Origin: Azolla caroliniana
Taxonomy: Eukaryota > Plantae > Polypodiophyta
DNA: 64,000 bases
Assembly: GCA_043228905.1 (NCBI GenBank)
Contig: JBHGNT010000022.1
Location: 6,696,001 to 6,760,000, forward strand
Direction of reading: 5' to 3'
The notes under the pieces were generated by a model. That model saw only the letters and a list, made by a program, of their open reading frames with translations, was not told the DNA's origin and did not search any database. A program made the translations under genes and the position numbers. Positions 26,695-39,660 of this stretch are shown one piece after another (the first letter of the stretch is position 1; each line of letters starts with the position of its first letter).

Positions 26695-29600
26695 TGTTAG
26701 GAACTAGACGCTCCCGATGAACAACGCTCGGCCACAACCGAGCTTAGAATCAAACACAGAAAACGGGGATGAATGTGCGACACAGTGAAGAGAAGAGTAC
26801 ATAGGATGTTAACGTGGAAAACCCAAACTAGGGAAAAACCACGGCAGCCCACAGACTGCAAACTATCACTATATCAGAATGTACAATAGTGAAGCACCGA
26901 GGCAACGACCTTGAGCTTGCTATCTTCGCCACAGGCGGCGGTTACAACAAAGGCAACGACCTCTTCCTCTCTCTCTCTCTCTCTGTACACAGTTACGCGC
27001 TCTAATCTTGCGCCAACAAAAATGAAAACAACATTAGATAAGGTTTGCCCTAAGTCATATTTATACTAATATGACTTTTCGGCTATTTACAAATATAGTC
27101 CCGATGGACTCTCAGAAACATATTTACGAATATGTCCCTTCATCCGGTGAATACTCCTCACCGGGCCTGCATCATCCGGCGCTTGCTGGGCACTCATCAT
27201 CCTGTTCTTACCGGGTCTTCCGTTTTCGGGTACTCCTCATCCGGTTCTCATCGGTTCTTCACCATCCGACTCTTGCCGGGTACTTGTCATCCAGCGCTTG
27301 CGGGGTACACCACATCCGGTTCTCACTGAGTCTTCCGTTTCCGGGTACTCCACATCCGGTTCTTTTTACTTCTCATCCGGAGGGACTTGTTTCCTAACAA
27401 ACTCCCCCTTCACTCTGGCATAGGATGTCTTACTAGTCTGATCCGCTTCTGACATGCCTCCAGCTTGTCAGGTATCAGTACTTTAGTCAGCATATCTGAC
27501 TCGTTCTCGGCAGTGTGGATCTTTGTCAGCGCGAACTCCTGGTCATCTACTCTTTCCCGGATCCAGTGATACCTACACTGGATATGCTTCGTCCGGAAAT
27601 GGTAGGCTGCATTCTTAGCAAGGTGGATGACACTTTGACTGTCGCAATAGAGCCGTTATTCATCTTGCCGGATACTGAGCTCTCCGATGAAGTCCTTCAT
27701 CCATAATATTTCCTTGCCGGCTTCCACAGCCGCCATGTACTCCGCCTTCGTGGTTGACAACGTAACCGTCTTCTGCAGCCTCAACTGCCACGAAACAACT
27801 CCCCCTGCATATGTCATTACATACTCGGATGTAGACCGGCTGGTATCCACATCAGCTGACATGTCCGAGTTGGTAAAACCGTCACGTTGCTGAATCGGAG
27901 ACACATGTTCGAAGTGCCCTTTAAGTACCGGAGTATCCATTTGACTGCGTTCCAGTGCACCTTGCCGGGATTGCTCATAAATCAGCTCACCACTCCGACT
28001 GCGTATCCTATATCCGGTCGGGTACACACCATTGCGTACATTAAGCTCCCGACGGCAGAGGCATATGGAACCTTCATCATATCCGCCTTCTCTGCTTTCG
28101 TCTTCGGGCTTTGCTTACCGGATAACCTGCAGTTTTCCGGAAGTGTCGATCCGACCGGTTTCGCTTCTACCATGTTGAACCGTTGAAGCACCTTTGTCAC
28201 GTATTTCTCCTGTGACAGCCACAATTGCTTCATTGAACGGTTCCGGATAATATGCATCCCCAACATCTGTCTTGCCGGACCCAAGTCTTTCATTGAGAAG
28301 GTCCGGTTGAGAGCCTTCTTCAGCATCCGTATTTTGGCTCGGTCCCGTCCGACGATCAACATGTCGTCCACGTACAGAAGGAGTATCAGGAAGTCGCCTC
28401 CTTCGAACTTCTTCACAAACACGCAGTGATCGGCCTGCGTCTTGTGGTACCCTTGATCAGTCATGAAGGAGTCAAACTTATGGTACCATTGTCGGGGAGC
28501 CTGCTTCAGTCTGTACAGGCTCTTCTTCAACCGACATACCAGGTGCTCCTTCCCTTTCTCCACTAATCCTTTCGGTTGCTGCATGTAGATCTCCTCTTCG
28601 AGATCACCGTGAAGGGATGCCGTCTTCACGTCCAGCTGTTCTATCTCGAGGTCCATGCTTGCCGCTATACTACCAGGGCAAATATCTCGTCAAAGTCCTT
28701 GCCCTTCTTCTGCTGGAACCCCTTCACCACGATCCTGGCTTTGTATCTCGGGGGGTTGCCGGCATCTCCCGGTTTCAACTTGTACACCCACTTATTTCGG
28801 AGTGCCCGCTTTCCTTTCGGCAACTCCACCAATTCGTACGTATGGTTCTCATGCAGGGAATCCATCTCATCCTGCATGGCACTTAACCATTTACGGTTGT
28901 GGGTGTCATCCTTCGCTTCTTCGAAGCTTTCCGGTTCTCCCTCATCGGTCAGCAGCACATGCTCTGCATCTAGAAATCTTCGGGGGGCCCTTCTCTCTTT
29001 GAGAGGATATCTCCGTCTTTGGCCTTCGGCAACCGGCTCCACTATTTGATCTTCATCCGAATCCGATTGGGGGTCTTGGCCGGTTCCGGTTCCAGCTTCC
29101 TCTACTTCTTCTTCTGCCGGTTCGGTATCCTCACCGTAACCGACGGGTTCATCGAGTGCTAACCGGTCTCTTGCCGGTTGGGTCTGCTCATCGTAGAATC
29201 GATCCTTACCGGTCGACTCAGAGTTCATTACCTTCTTCTCTGACTCCCAGTCGGCGAGCGTCTTGTCCTCCATGAAGATAATATCTCGACTCCGAAATAC
29301 CTTCTTGTTGACCGGGTCCCACACTCGGTAGCCGAACTCATTGTCGCCGTAACCGAGGACTATGCATGGCTGGGTCTTTGGATCTAAATTTCCTCTCCGG
29401 TCCTTAGCAACATGCACATACATGAGACACCCGAACACCTTCAGATGCCGGTAGGACGCTTCCTTACCGGTCCAGATTCTTTGCGGCGTGTCCTCGTCCA
29501 AGGGTACTGAGGGTGATCTGTTTATCACATACGTCGCTGTCGACAACGCCTCAGCCCAAAACGTCTTGGGTAATTTTGCATGCGCCAACATACTCTGGAC

Positions 29601-30958
29601 CCTCTCCATTATGGTTCGGTTCATCCTCTCGGCCAGTCCGTTTAGTTCCACCATCTTCGGCACGGTAAATTCGAGCCGGATTCCCTTCGAGCGGCAGTAC
29701 TCCTCGAACTGCCCCCGGTATTCTCCTCCGTTATCTGCTCGAACCGCCTTCAGCTTCTGGCCGGTTTCTCTTTCCACTCTCGCATGGAGCTCTTTGAAGA
29801 CGGATAACACCTGATCCTTCGTCTTCAATGGTGTGGCCCACAACTTCCGGCTGTGGTCATCTATGAATGTCACGAAATACTGCGATCCTGCATGTGACTT
29901 TGTGTCCACTTGACACACATCAGTATGCACCAACTTCAGTGGCACATTACGTCTCATCGGTGGCCTCGATCGGAAGGTGGTCCGGTTTTGTTTACCGGCC
30001 AGACAATCAATTCACTTTTCCAAGTGCACATTCTTCACTGGAATGAGGTTGTCGTCTGCAAGCCTCTTCATCCCCTTCTCGCTCATGTGACACAACCTCT
30101 TGTGCCACAGCTCACTGGCAGTGTCAGATGCCACGTTCACTTCTTCCGGACATAACTGGGCATTCATCAGGTACAACGTGTTTACCTTCCGGGCCTGAGC
30201 CACAATCAGGCTCCCTTTGCTGAACTTCATAACACCGTTCTGGATGCTACCCGTGTAGCCTTCATCATCTAGCTGACCGGCTGATATCAGGTTCAGACGA
30301 ACCTCTGGAACGTGTCGAACATCCTTCATCAGTAGCTTGCATCCGGTTGGTGTTGTCAACCACACGTCTCCTATGCCGACAATTCGGCATGTACCTTCAT
30401 TCCCCATCCAGACATAGCCGTGATCATCGGCTGAGTAGGATGAGAAGCATTTCCGGTCCAGGGTAAGGTGGAACGATGCTCCGGAGTCGACCACCCAGGT
30501 CATCTCGTCGCCTGCAAGGTTTAGCTCACTCTCCTCGGTGATGAGCATCAACTCTTCTTCACTTGCCGCGATTGCCGTTGTTCCCTTCCGGTCCGTTCCC
30601 CTCCGGTCTTTACCGTTCCGGTCTGGTGTCCGCTTCGAATCGGTACCGTCAGTTTCCTTGTCTTTTCGGAAGTTCCGACAGTTCTTCTGGAAGTGTCCCG
30701 GCTTGCCGCAATAGAAGCAAGTAGGCCTCCCCCTTGACTTTGACCGTGTCCTCGACTTTTCTCGGTTCTGAGGGCTACGGTTCCTTTGTCTTCCGCGTTC
30801 CAATTCGGTAAGGAGCGCTTTGGAGTCGGAGCTCGTATCCTTATCTTTCCGACGCGCCTCCTCATCTAGCAAGCTCGATTTCACTCTTGCTAGGGATAAC
30901 CGTTTCCCTTCCGGCCCGGCGTTGCCCAAAGTGACAACCAACGTCTCCCAGCTATCTA
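26695..30958 (-). mobile_element. Ty1/copia copy F: 3' LTR 26695-27399, PPT, pol, partial gag; 5' end deleted
   Basis: LTR termini TGTTAGGA...TCCTAACA; PPT reverse complement ACTCCCCCTTC at 27401. CFYCGKPGHFQKNC, VVDSGASFH, RADNGGEY, LNGLAERMN, QLDVKTA, LLYVDDMLI. Confidence 0.9.
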
Positions 30959-30959
30959 A

Positions 30960-31845
30960 GTTGATGATTTAGTCATCATCGGATCCGGACTCGATGAAAT
31001 CGGCCGAGTGAAGTCCCACTTGTTGGACGCATTTGAAATGAAGAACCTGGGGGACCTTCATTATTTTCTTGGGATGGAGGTGATCCGGCCCCTCGATGGC
31101 ATATTGCTCTCAGAAAGACACTATGTGCTGAATATACTGTACAAGTTCGGCATGACGAAATGCCGACCGATCTCCACACCCCTGGACTAGAACTTGAAGC
31201 TACGTCCCAACTCCGGCCCGACCTGTGATGAGAAATGGTTCCGACAAATTGTCGGAAGCCTTATATATTGACGATCTCCCGAACCGACATCAGTTATCCA
31301 GTCAGGGTGATCAACCAATTTATGCAGAAGCCGACCGTGGAGCACCTTCAATGCGCGCATCGACTATTGCGATATGTGAGCGGCACGAAGGACCGGGGAT
31401 TGTTATATTGACACAATATAGTTGGGAAGCTAGTCGGATATACGGATGCCGACTGGGCTAGTGATGCATCAGATCCTCTAGTAGTGCGGATGTTGCAAGG
31501 AGTAGCAAAAAGCAGCCAACAGTGGCTCTGTCGAGCACTGAGGCTGCATACCGGGGTGCTACCATTGGCACTTGTGAAGCCATCTCGCTTTTGCGACTGC
31601 TGCAAGACCTCCGGATCGAGGTGCCGAACCCGATCCTAGTTTATTGTGATAACGTAAGAAACACATAGCTCGCTAAGAACCTTGTATGCCATGCTCGGAC
31701 AAAGCACATAGAAGGGCATTATCACTTTGTTCGTGAGCAGGTCCTGCGCGGTGAAGTTGAAGTTCGGTATGTTCACACGGATCGGCAGGTTGCCGACATC
31801 TTCACCAAGCCGCTCGGATCGAACAAGTTGTAGCATTTTTCGGAG
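30960..31845 (+). mobile_element. Ty1/copia RT-RNase H remnant (likely the 3' part of copy D)
   Basis: VDDLVII, FEMKNLGDLHYFLG, GYTDADW, KKQPTVALSSTEA, TKHIE, ADIFTKPL, with stops and frameshifts. Confidence 0.8.
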
Positions 31846-31971
31846 AAGCGCCAAAATGATGAAGAGAGAGAGAAAAAAGATAGATAGATAGATAGATAGA
31901 TAGATTATATTATCGTCTTCGGAGGTCAAATATGACCTATGAGACCAAAAAATTACATTTCACGTGATACG

Positions 31972-32721
31972 TGTGAAAGTGAGTAGTGACTCTCGATGTT
32001 CAAGAACTTTACCAATGAATGTTGCAATTGAGAGTGCACATTTTGGTTGTGAGAGGAATTCATGCAATAGAGAAGAGAGGAGGAGGAAAAAAGAATGCTT
32101 CAATATACTAATAAGAAAAGAATACAATACTCTTATACTCTAAGAGTAACAAAAACCAAATAACTACTTAAATATAATATTAGACAAAAAAGTCTTTCCT
32201 TCTTCACCCTTTCTTCTACTAAGCTTCTTATAACCCTCTTATTCTTTCTCCATTCTTCTTGTAGATAATCTATCCTCTCCCCTATTGCTAAGAATACCCT
32301 CATATTTATAGGTTTCTAGTTGCGTTATTCTTGCATTTTTCTTTTCTTTTCTTTTACATATGCTCGAGTTTATGTGATGCATTTTTCATATCATTATTTT
32401 TATTTTATGTTTCTAAATTTATCATAAAGAAATCTCTCTTTGTTAGCTTTCTTATGAATCTTTTTTTTTGAAATTTGGATAAGAGATGCAGAAGTTATGA
32501 GCTTTTTTCTCTGCCTTGCTTTCTCTACCTTATTATGCGTTTTTTTCCTTCTATCTTTTCTCTTGCTTTTTCTACTTTTGGAAAACGCCTCTAACTTCAT
32601 ATCCCTTCAATTTTCTTCTTCTCTTAACTCTTGAGCCTTTCACATTGTGCTTTATTCTTATAGAGCTTAGTATTCGATGTATTTGCCACGGTTTTTGATT
32701 ACAACAAAAATTGACTTCACA
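31972..32721 (-). mobile_element. 3' LTR of the Tat-type gypsy element H
   Basis: Termini TGTGAA...TTCACA; adjacent PPT (minus strand AAGGAGGGGGGGC, ~32726-32737); minus-strand CTATAAAT at ~32305. Confidence 0.65.
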
Positions 32722-32972
32722 TTTAGCCCCCCTCCTTGCTTGTTGAGCGAACCATTTATGGTGAGCCTAAAAAGGAAAAGAAAATGGGAAAAAATCCTTC
32801 GCCTTATGGGAGGCTATAGACAAAGAAGGAGTATAAATACTAAAAATGTAACAACTTATTGTGTGAGAAAAACCCCCGTTAAGCGATGGGAAAAAAACTC
32901 ACACTCCTACAAAAACATAAATTTAAAATATAACAACGATATTATAATCTCTCCTAAAAGGAGGATCACGAA

Positions 32973-34322
32973 TTAGTTGGGAAATGTGCTTGGGGACAAA
33001 TCCACTTCTTGCTCTCCATGATCATTTTCTTGAATGTCCTTATCCATTATAGAAATGTAGGTAGGTCCCCGATTCACATACTTCTTTAGGCACCATCCAT
33101 TCACACGTAGTTCATGAAGAGTCCCATCCATGTCCTTGAGTTGATAACTTTGAATGTCAAAGCAATCGTGTACCACAAAAGGTCCTTCCCAACGATTTAT
33201 CATCTTTTGTCCTTTTATATTGTCAAAACGATTGTCGTAGCGAAGTAGAAGAGATCCTTTTGAAAAAGTATATTTTCTTGACCTTTTATCATAATACTTC
33301 TTCCTCCTCCAAGCCTGTTGAATATAATGCTCTACTGCTTCCTCCCTTGAATATTGTAGAATATGGTTTTGTGACAACCTATCCATCTTGCAACATTCTT
33401 CGTCACGTAGAGATGATCTTAAGAGTTTATTGCTTCTAACTTGAAGTTCAATTGGAAATAAAGCTTCTTGTCCATATACTAAGAAGAAAGGTGTAAAACC
33501 TAGATGCCTTATATGATATGTGATAGGCCCATAGAGCATCATCAAGGAACTCATCCCATGTTCTTATTCTATCTGAGACAAGTTTTTGAAGATTTTTAAC
33601 CAAAATACCATTTACCTTTTCGATAATAAGGAGTAGAATACCTATGTTTAATCTTTAACCTTTCTAATAAGCAAGACAACACTTCGCCACGAAAACTTGG
33701 ACCGTGATTAGATACAATCTCTAGCGGTACACCGAATCTTGTACAAATATTCCGGTAGATGAATTGGGCCACATCCCTTGCTTAAATCGAGGATGTTGCT
33801 ATTGCTTCTACCCACTTAGTCATGTAATCAGTAGCTACCAATATGAATTCTTTACCGCTTTGGGTTCTTGGAAGGGGACCCACTGCATCGATTCCCCATT
33901 TTTCAAAGGGAGCAAAAACCACAATAGGATGCAAAGGGCCTGCTTGAAGCTGTCTTCTTCCTGCCTTCTGACAAGCATCACACGACTTGCACCATTCATG
34001 TATATCTTTGGGAATAGAAGGCCATGTAAAACCTATTAATAAAATTTTTCTCAACATGATATCATGAGAAAAATGCCCTCCACAAGCCTCCTCATGCATC
34101 TTTTGTAAGATCTCCACAATTTCCTCCTTAATAGGCACTCTTCATAAAACACCATCTTTGCCTTTATGGTAAGTCCTTATCCACCATTATATATTGGGAT
34201 GCTCTCACCACCAATCGTTTTCTTTGTGTAGAATTTAAACCTTTAGGAAAATCACCACCATCAAGAAACTCACATACCTCCTCAAGAGATGTCACATCTT
34301 TACACTCTTCCAAAATGCATAT
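32973..34322 (-). pseudogene. gypsy H integrase region (decayed)
   Basis: HEEACGGHF...FTWP..CDACQ zinc finger, FEKWGIDAVGPLP, ATDYMTKWVEA, TPFFLVYG, RWEGPF (GPY/F). Confidence 0.88.
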
Positions 34323-34473
34323 GGGTCGAAGCATGCTACGGTGTACCAACTTTTGGCCAAAAATTTAGTACTAAATCGAAGAAGAAAATAAACATTAAAA
34401 ATTGTAAATAAGTTTCCAAAAACAAAAAACAAATTCATTACGTCACACTCGAATGCACAAAGATATTGTACGT

Positions 34474-35250
34474 TGTCGAGATTTTACGCAAGTGCGTGTG
34501 GAAACGAGGCAGGACCGCGGGGGTCTCGAACCAAAGAGCAAGCGAGGGAGGAGAAAGGGAGAGAACCGGCTACGCAGGGCCGGGGATACACAGGGACGCG
34601 GCCCTTCAGCACGGTGAACGCGAACAGACACCGACACAGACAGATGCGAATGACTAAATGTGTGTATTAAGAAAAATGGCTAACACGACTACAACCCTCG
34701 ACGGGGCACAGGTTGGTTACAACCGAACAGGCCGGCGAATAGATGCCGATGCCTGTTCACTTCGACGCACAAAGGGGCTGCCGGAAGCACTCGGGCGTTC
34801 CTCGAAACAGCGCGAGCCTCCTCGGAACCCTGCACAGAAAGCTATGGAGCTCAAGAAGGAAGGAAACAGAGAGAGAGAAGCGTCCAGAAACGGTCCGACA
34901 GCACTTCGTCCTCTCCTTGCGAGATACCTGCAACAGCTCTTTCCTGCTCTTATATAGCCCGACGAGCAGGCCGTCCTGTCAGCTTTATTCCCTGTCCCTT
35001 TCGAACAGGGATCCGCTCCGTTCTTCACGCATCCGCGTAGTTACGCCGCCGACTCGTGCCGTCCCTTAGCTCGCGCGCGCGACCGAAAAGACTGTTCGCG
35101 CGGTCTTTGTCTCCACTTGTGTTAGGGCCCGTTCCTGCCGATTATCCTCCTAACTCGCTTCTTCGTACAACTTGGAGCTTGCGCGCGTGAAGAACCGGTT
35201 CCCACGCCTAGGTGCGCCGATCCCGCCTATGGACGGTTTTCTTCACGACA
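34474..35250 (-). mobile_element. Solo LTR of the Trp-primed gypsy family, inserted in the left subterminal region of the DNA transposon
   Basis: Minus strand begins TGTCGTGAAGAAAACCGTCCA and ends CTCGACA, homologous to LTR 58897-59535. ACGT TSD at 34470-34473 and 35251-35254. Confidence 0.88.
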
Positions 35251-35374
35251 ACGTCACACTCGAAATGTCCCTAGGCCATATTTAATACATTAATTGTTGC
35301 CCCAGTCTCCTAGGTAGAGTTGTACGAAAGCACACCTGGAGAAGGTATCCATTGTGACAGTTGGTCAGTCTCAG

Positions 35375-35410
<36 letters not shown>

Positions 35411-35453
35411 ATGGGTAGTCGAACGTGTCAATTGGTATGTCTCTCTCTCTCTC

Positions 35454-35493
<40 letters not shown>

Positions 35494-35540
35494 ATGGGTA
35501 GTCGAACGTGTCAATTGGTATGTCTCTCTCTCTCACTCAC

Positions 35541-35572
<32 letters not shown>
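35375..35572. repeat. (CT)n tracts interleaved with a duplicated ~33-bp unit
   Basis: ggtatgggtagtcgaacgtgtcaattggtatg at ~35408 and ~35491, between CT runs. Confidence 0.85.
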
Positions 35573-35574
<2 letters not shown>

Positions 35575-36179
35575 GTCTCGAAGTTGTCAGACAGACAATG
35601 GCAGAAAGTTAAAGAAAGACGACATATCTATTACAGGTCTATCTCTCTGTTTCTTTCTTTCACTCCACCTTCGATTCTTTCTGTTTCTTTCTTTCAAAGC
35701 TCTGTTTCTTTCTTTCTTTCTGTTTCTCTCTCTCACTCCACCTTCGATTCTCTGTTTCCCCGCGTAGCTGTTCTTGTGTTCCCCTCTGTGCCAGGTTCGA
35801 TCTCTGAACGCAGAGATTTTTGTTTCCCCTGCTCGTTGTATGTGTTGTTGATTTTCCTTCCTTGTGTATGCTCGTTTGTTTCCTTTGTCTATGCTCATTT
35901 GTCTCCTCTGCAGCAGCCTCGTTTGTCGAAATCAACACGGTCTGGTACCTCTGCAAGTTGTACAACCTCCAGGTATTCTCTGTGTTGCATGCCCAACTGG
36001 TATGTTTTCTTTTTCTGAATGTTTCCTGTCTGTCTGTTTTTTATTTGCATGTGTATGGTCATTTTTAGGGTTTGATTATTCATAGTCTATGTGTTGCATG
36101 CCCAACTGGTATGTTTTTGTTTTCTCTGTGTTTCTCTGTGTTTCTTTTAAAAATGTATGAAAATATTTTGATCGAGGTG

Positions 36180-36530
36180 GTTGTGTGTTAGACATGTTTG
36201 TACATGCAACGTAAATGGAGTTGGCTATGATGAGTTGCTATGTTTTCGTTTTGTTCTTGTTTCCTGTCCATCTGTTTTATTTTGTGTGAGTTTGACATGG
36301 ATGAGTGTTTTTCCGACTATTTTGGGTTTTTGTGTGTTTGACATGGCTTGTACATGCGATGTGATGGAGTTGGCTATGATGATTTACAATGTTTTCGTTT
36401 TCTTTGACTTTCCTATCCGTCTGTTTTTATTGTCTGTGTGTTTGACATGGATGAGTTTTTTTCCGACTATTTAGGGTTATTGTGTGTTTGACATGGTTTG
36501 TACATGCAATGAGATGATTTGCTATGTGTT
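36180..36530. repeat. Degenerate ~150-bp tandem repeat in the first cargo-gene intron
   Basis: gtgtgtt(t)gacatg...gtacatgc...gagttggctatgatg recurs at ~36185, ~36333 and ~36482. Confidence 0.7.
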
Positions 36531-38439
36531 GATGGTAATTGCTTGAGTTTTCTTCTAGTACATGCATATTCATTCCCTGAGAATTGTGTTGACTAGGACA
36601 ATGACGAGAAGGACACCCATAAAGAAGACATTGATGAAAGAGAAAGTGAAGACACTAGTGAAGGAAGGAAGAAGGACACCCATGAAAGAAAGCAAGAAGA
36701 CACCCACAAGAGAAAGGGTGATGAATTCATCAACACAGAGAAAGAAGATGTACCACTCCATCAGTCGAGACACACCTCTTGGATGGAATTATTTCCTTCG
36801 AGCACGACCTGACGTGTATCCAGAGCTGAGAGAGTGGTTGTTAAAAACCTGGGGGTCAGTACATCCCGACACAAGGCGAGGATTCCACATAAGTGGTTTG
36901 AAGAGGGAATACATGAATTTATTGAAGACGAGATACGAACCTGTTTATGATACAAATCAAATCACTAACAATGAGGTGGGTACTGTTTTTGCACGTGCTT
37001 TTGCATGTGAAGTTCAAGGTGGCATTGACGTAAATTGGGAAGATTTTAATCGGCACCGGTCAGAACATTACAAAGGGTCCTCCAGTACCAACACTGGCTT
37101 GAAGTCATCTGGAACCTCTCATGTGGATATTCTAGCTATAACACCTATCCACCAAGTTCTAGAGGCAAAGGTACGGGCCACAATGACTGAAAAGCATGAA
37201 CAGATGATGGCCGGTTGCATAGCTTCTATGAGCTCAAGAATACAAACACTACTTGCTGATTTGGAAGCAGTTAAATCAGCTGAGATACAGGCAGAAAAGA
37301 AATTTTCGTCAATAAAAACTACATATGAATGGATTGCATCGACAATCCAAAATTCAGAAAGTGAGGTGTTGAAAGAGGAGTTGAAGAAAGAGCTAAACAA
37401 TATGGGCACTCAATTAGGTTCACAGATGAGAGACCTTGATACTTGCAGGAATGCACATGAAGAAATAGATAATAAGTTGTCAGCCTTAAAGTTGCATTCT
37501 GAGAACCTTGCATGCTTGATGCAGGATTTAAAACAAAATGGTTTTGATACTTTGTGTCCATCTGTAATTGAGCACCCAAGTGGTATAGAAAGTACCATTA
37601 TTAGTATAGCTATATCACGGTATTGGCTTTAAAAGTTATTTATTTCTACTTCTTTGGTATAAATAAGTGAGCAACTAATATATTATAACTTGTGTTTGCA
37701 ATCTTCCAGGTGTATATTTTGTGGCCTCGGATTCAAGCTGGAGGCTATGGATGTTGTGATTACACCATGCTTGCACACATATCATGTGCTATGTGCTAAG
37801 TATCATTTTGAGAAAGAGAATACATGTATGGACTGTAAAACTACAATTGCGGCTGAGTGGTACTATGCTTGGGGTTTAAAAGTACACCCGTACGGTATGT
37901 GGCTCTACTATTCTATTGTTTGTATTATATGATGTCAATTAACATTTGGACTAGAACTAGTGTATGCCACAATTCATACTTCAAATTTAGTGTAATCTCT
38001 AACAACTATTATGTGGAACCCTAATTATGTGGGTTAGTATTGGCAGTACTCTTAATATATAATTGGTATGTGTAGTTGAAGGGATATTTTCCACAATTAG
38101 TAGTACTAAAAGGGAACCAGGTACAACATCGTCCAATCTATATTGCAACTTGCCTAGTATTAGTTTAGTAAACACTATACTTATAGTACACTGTTGACTG
38201 TTAAGATTGTTTGTGTAACTTGGGAATTAGTACTAGTAATGTAATTTGGGAACAAGGTGTATAGTAAATTGTTGAATAATAGTACAATTATTGTAATTTG
38301 GAAATGAGGTGTGTCAAACACATATCACGTTTAGTACTAATACTGTTCAAGATTAATACTGTTGGTGTAATTAGTACAAGTTATGTAACTAGGTGTGTAG
38401 AAGACATATCATGTTTAGTATTACTTGTGTGCAAAATAC

Positions 38440-39660
38440 CAATCTACATTTGTTGGATTAGTACTTAGTAAGTACTACATGGTTCATGATTAGTACTAGT
38501 TCTGTACTTTGTGAACTAAGTTACTAGTACATTGCTCATGATTAATACTAGTTTTGTAATTTGGGAACTGAGTAGTACTTTGTTCCTTATTAGTACTAGT
38601 TTTGTACCTTATTAGTACTAGATCAGTAATCTAGAAAATAAGTGAGTAGTACATTTTGTAGGATTAGTACTAATTGTGTAATTTGACTAAGTCAGTGGTA
38701 CATTGTTGAGTAGTACATTGTTCAGGATTAGTACTAATTGTGTAATTTGACTAAGTCAGTGGTACATTGTTGAGTAGTACATTGTTCAGGATTAGTACTA
38801 ATTGTGTAATTTGACTAAGTCAGTGGTACATTGTTCGGGATTAGTACTCCTTGTGTAATTTGCTAACTAAGTGAGTAGTATATTGTGCATGATTAGTACT
38901 ACTTGTGTAAATTGGGAACTAAGTGAGCATTACATTGTTCGGGATTAGTACTCCTTGTGTAATTTGGTAACTAAGTGAGTAGTATATTGTGCATGATTAG
39001 TATTACTTGTGTAAATTGGGAACTAAGTGAGCAGTACATTGTTCGGGATTAGTACTCCTTGTGTAATTTGCTAACTAAGTGAATAGTATATTGTGCATGA
39101 TTAGTACTACTTGTGTAAATTGGGAACTAAGTGAGCATTACATTGTTCGGGATTAGTACTCCTTGTGTAATTTGCTAACTAAGTGAGTAGTATATTGTGC
39201 ATGATTAGTACTACTTGTGTAAATTGGGAACTAAGTGAGCATTACGTTGTTCGGGATTAGTACTCCTTGTGTAATTTGGTAACTAAGTGAGTAGTATATT
39301 GTGCATGATTAGTACTACTTGTGTAAATTGGGAACTAAGTGAGCAGTACATTGTTCGGGATTAGTACTAGTTTAGTGATTTAGGAAATAAGTGAGTAGTA
39401 CATTGTTCAAGATTAGTACTACTTATTAATTTGACTAAGTCAGTGGTACATTTTTCGGGATTAGTACTTGTGTAATTTGGTAACTAAGTGAGTAGTATAT
39501 TGTGCATGATTAGTACTACTTGTGTATATTGTGCATGATTAGTACTAATCGTGTAAATTGGGAACTAAGTGAGCAGTACAGTGTTCCTTATTAGTACTAG
39601 TTCAGTAATTTAGGAACTATGTGAGTAGTACATTGTTCATGACTGGTACATTGTGTAAAA
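38440..39660. repeat. 52-bp AGTACT-rich tandem array with 104-bp higher-order unit (cargo-gene intron)
   Basis: c(a/g)ttgttcgggattagtact starts at 38829, 38933, 39037, 39141, 39245 and 39349, alternating with tattgtgcatgattagtact; degenerate flanks. Confidence 0.9.

Noticed and set aside
32860-32910. LTR-like motif GAAAAACCC...GGGAAAAAAAC in the 3' UTR of gypsy H
   Set aside because: No termini, TSD or second copy to define an element.
35375-36085. Long ORFs rich in LSLS/ERER
   Set aside because: They are translations of (CT)n/(GA)n microsatellites; only the short exon near 35913-35972 is retained, tentatively.
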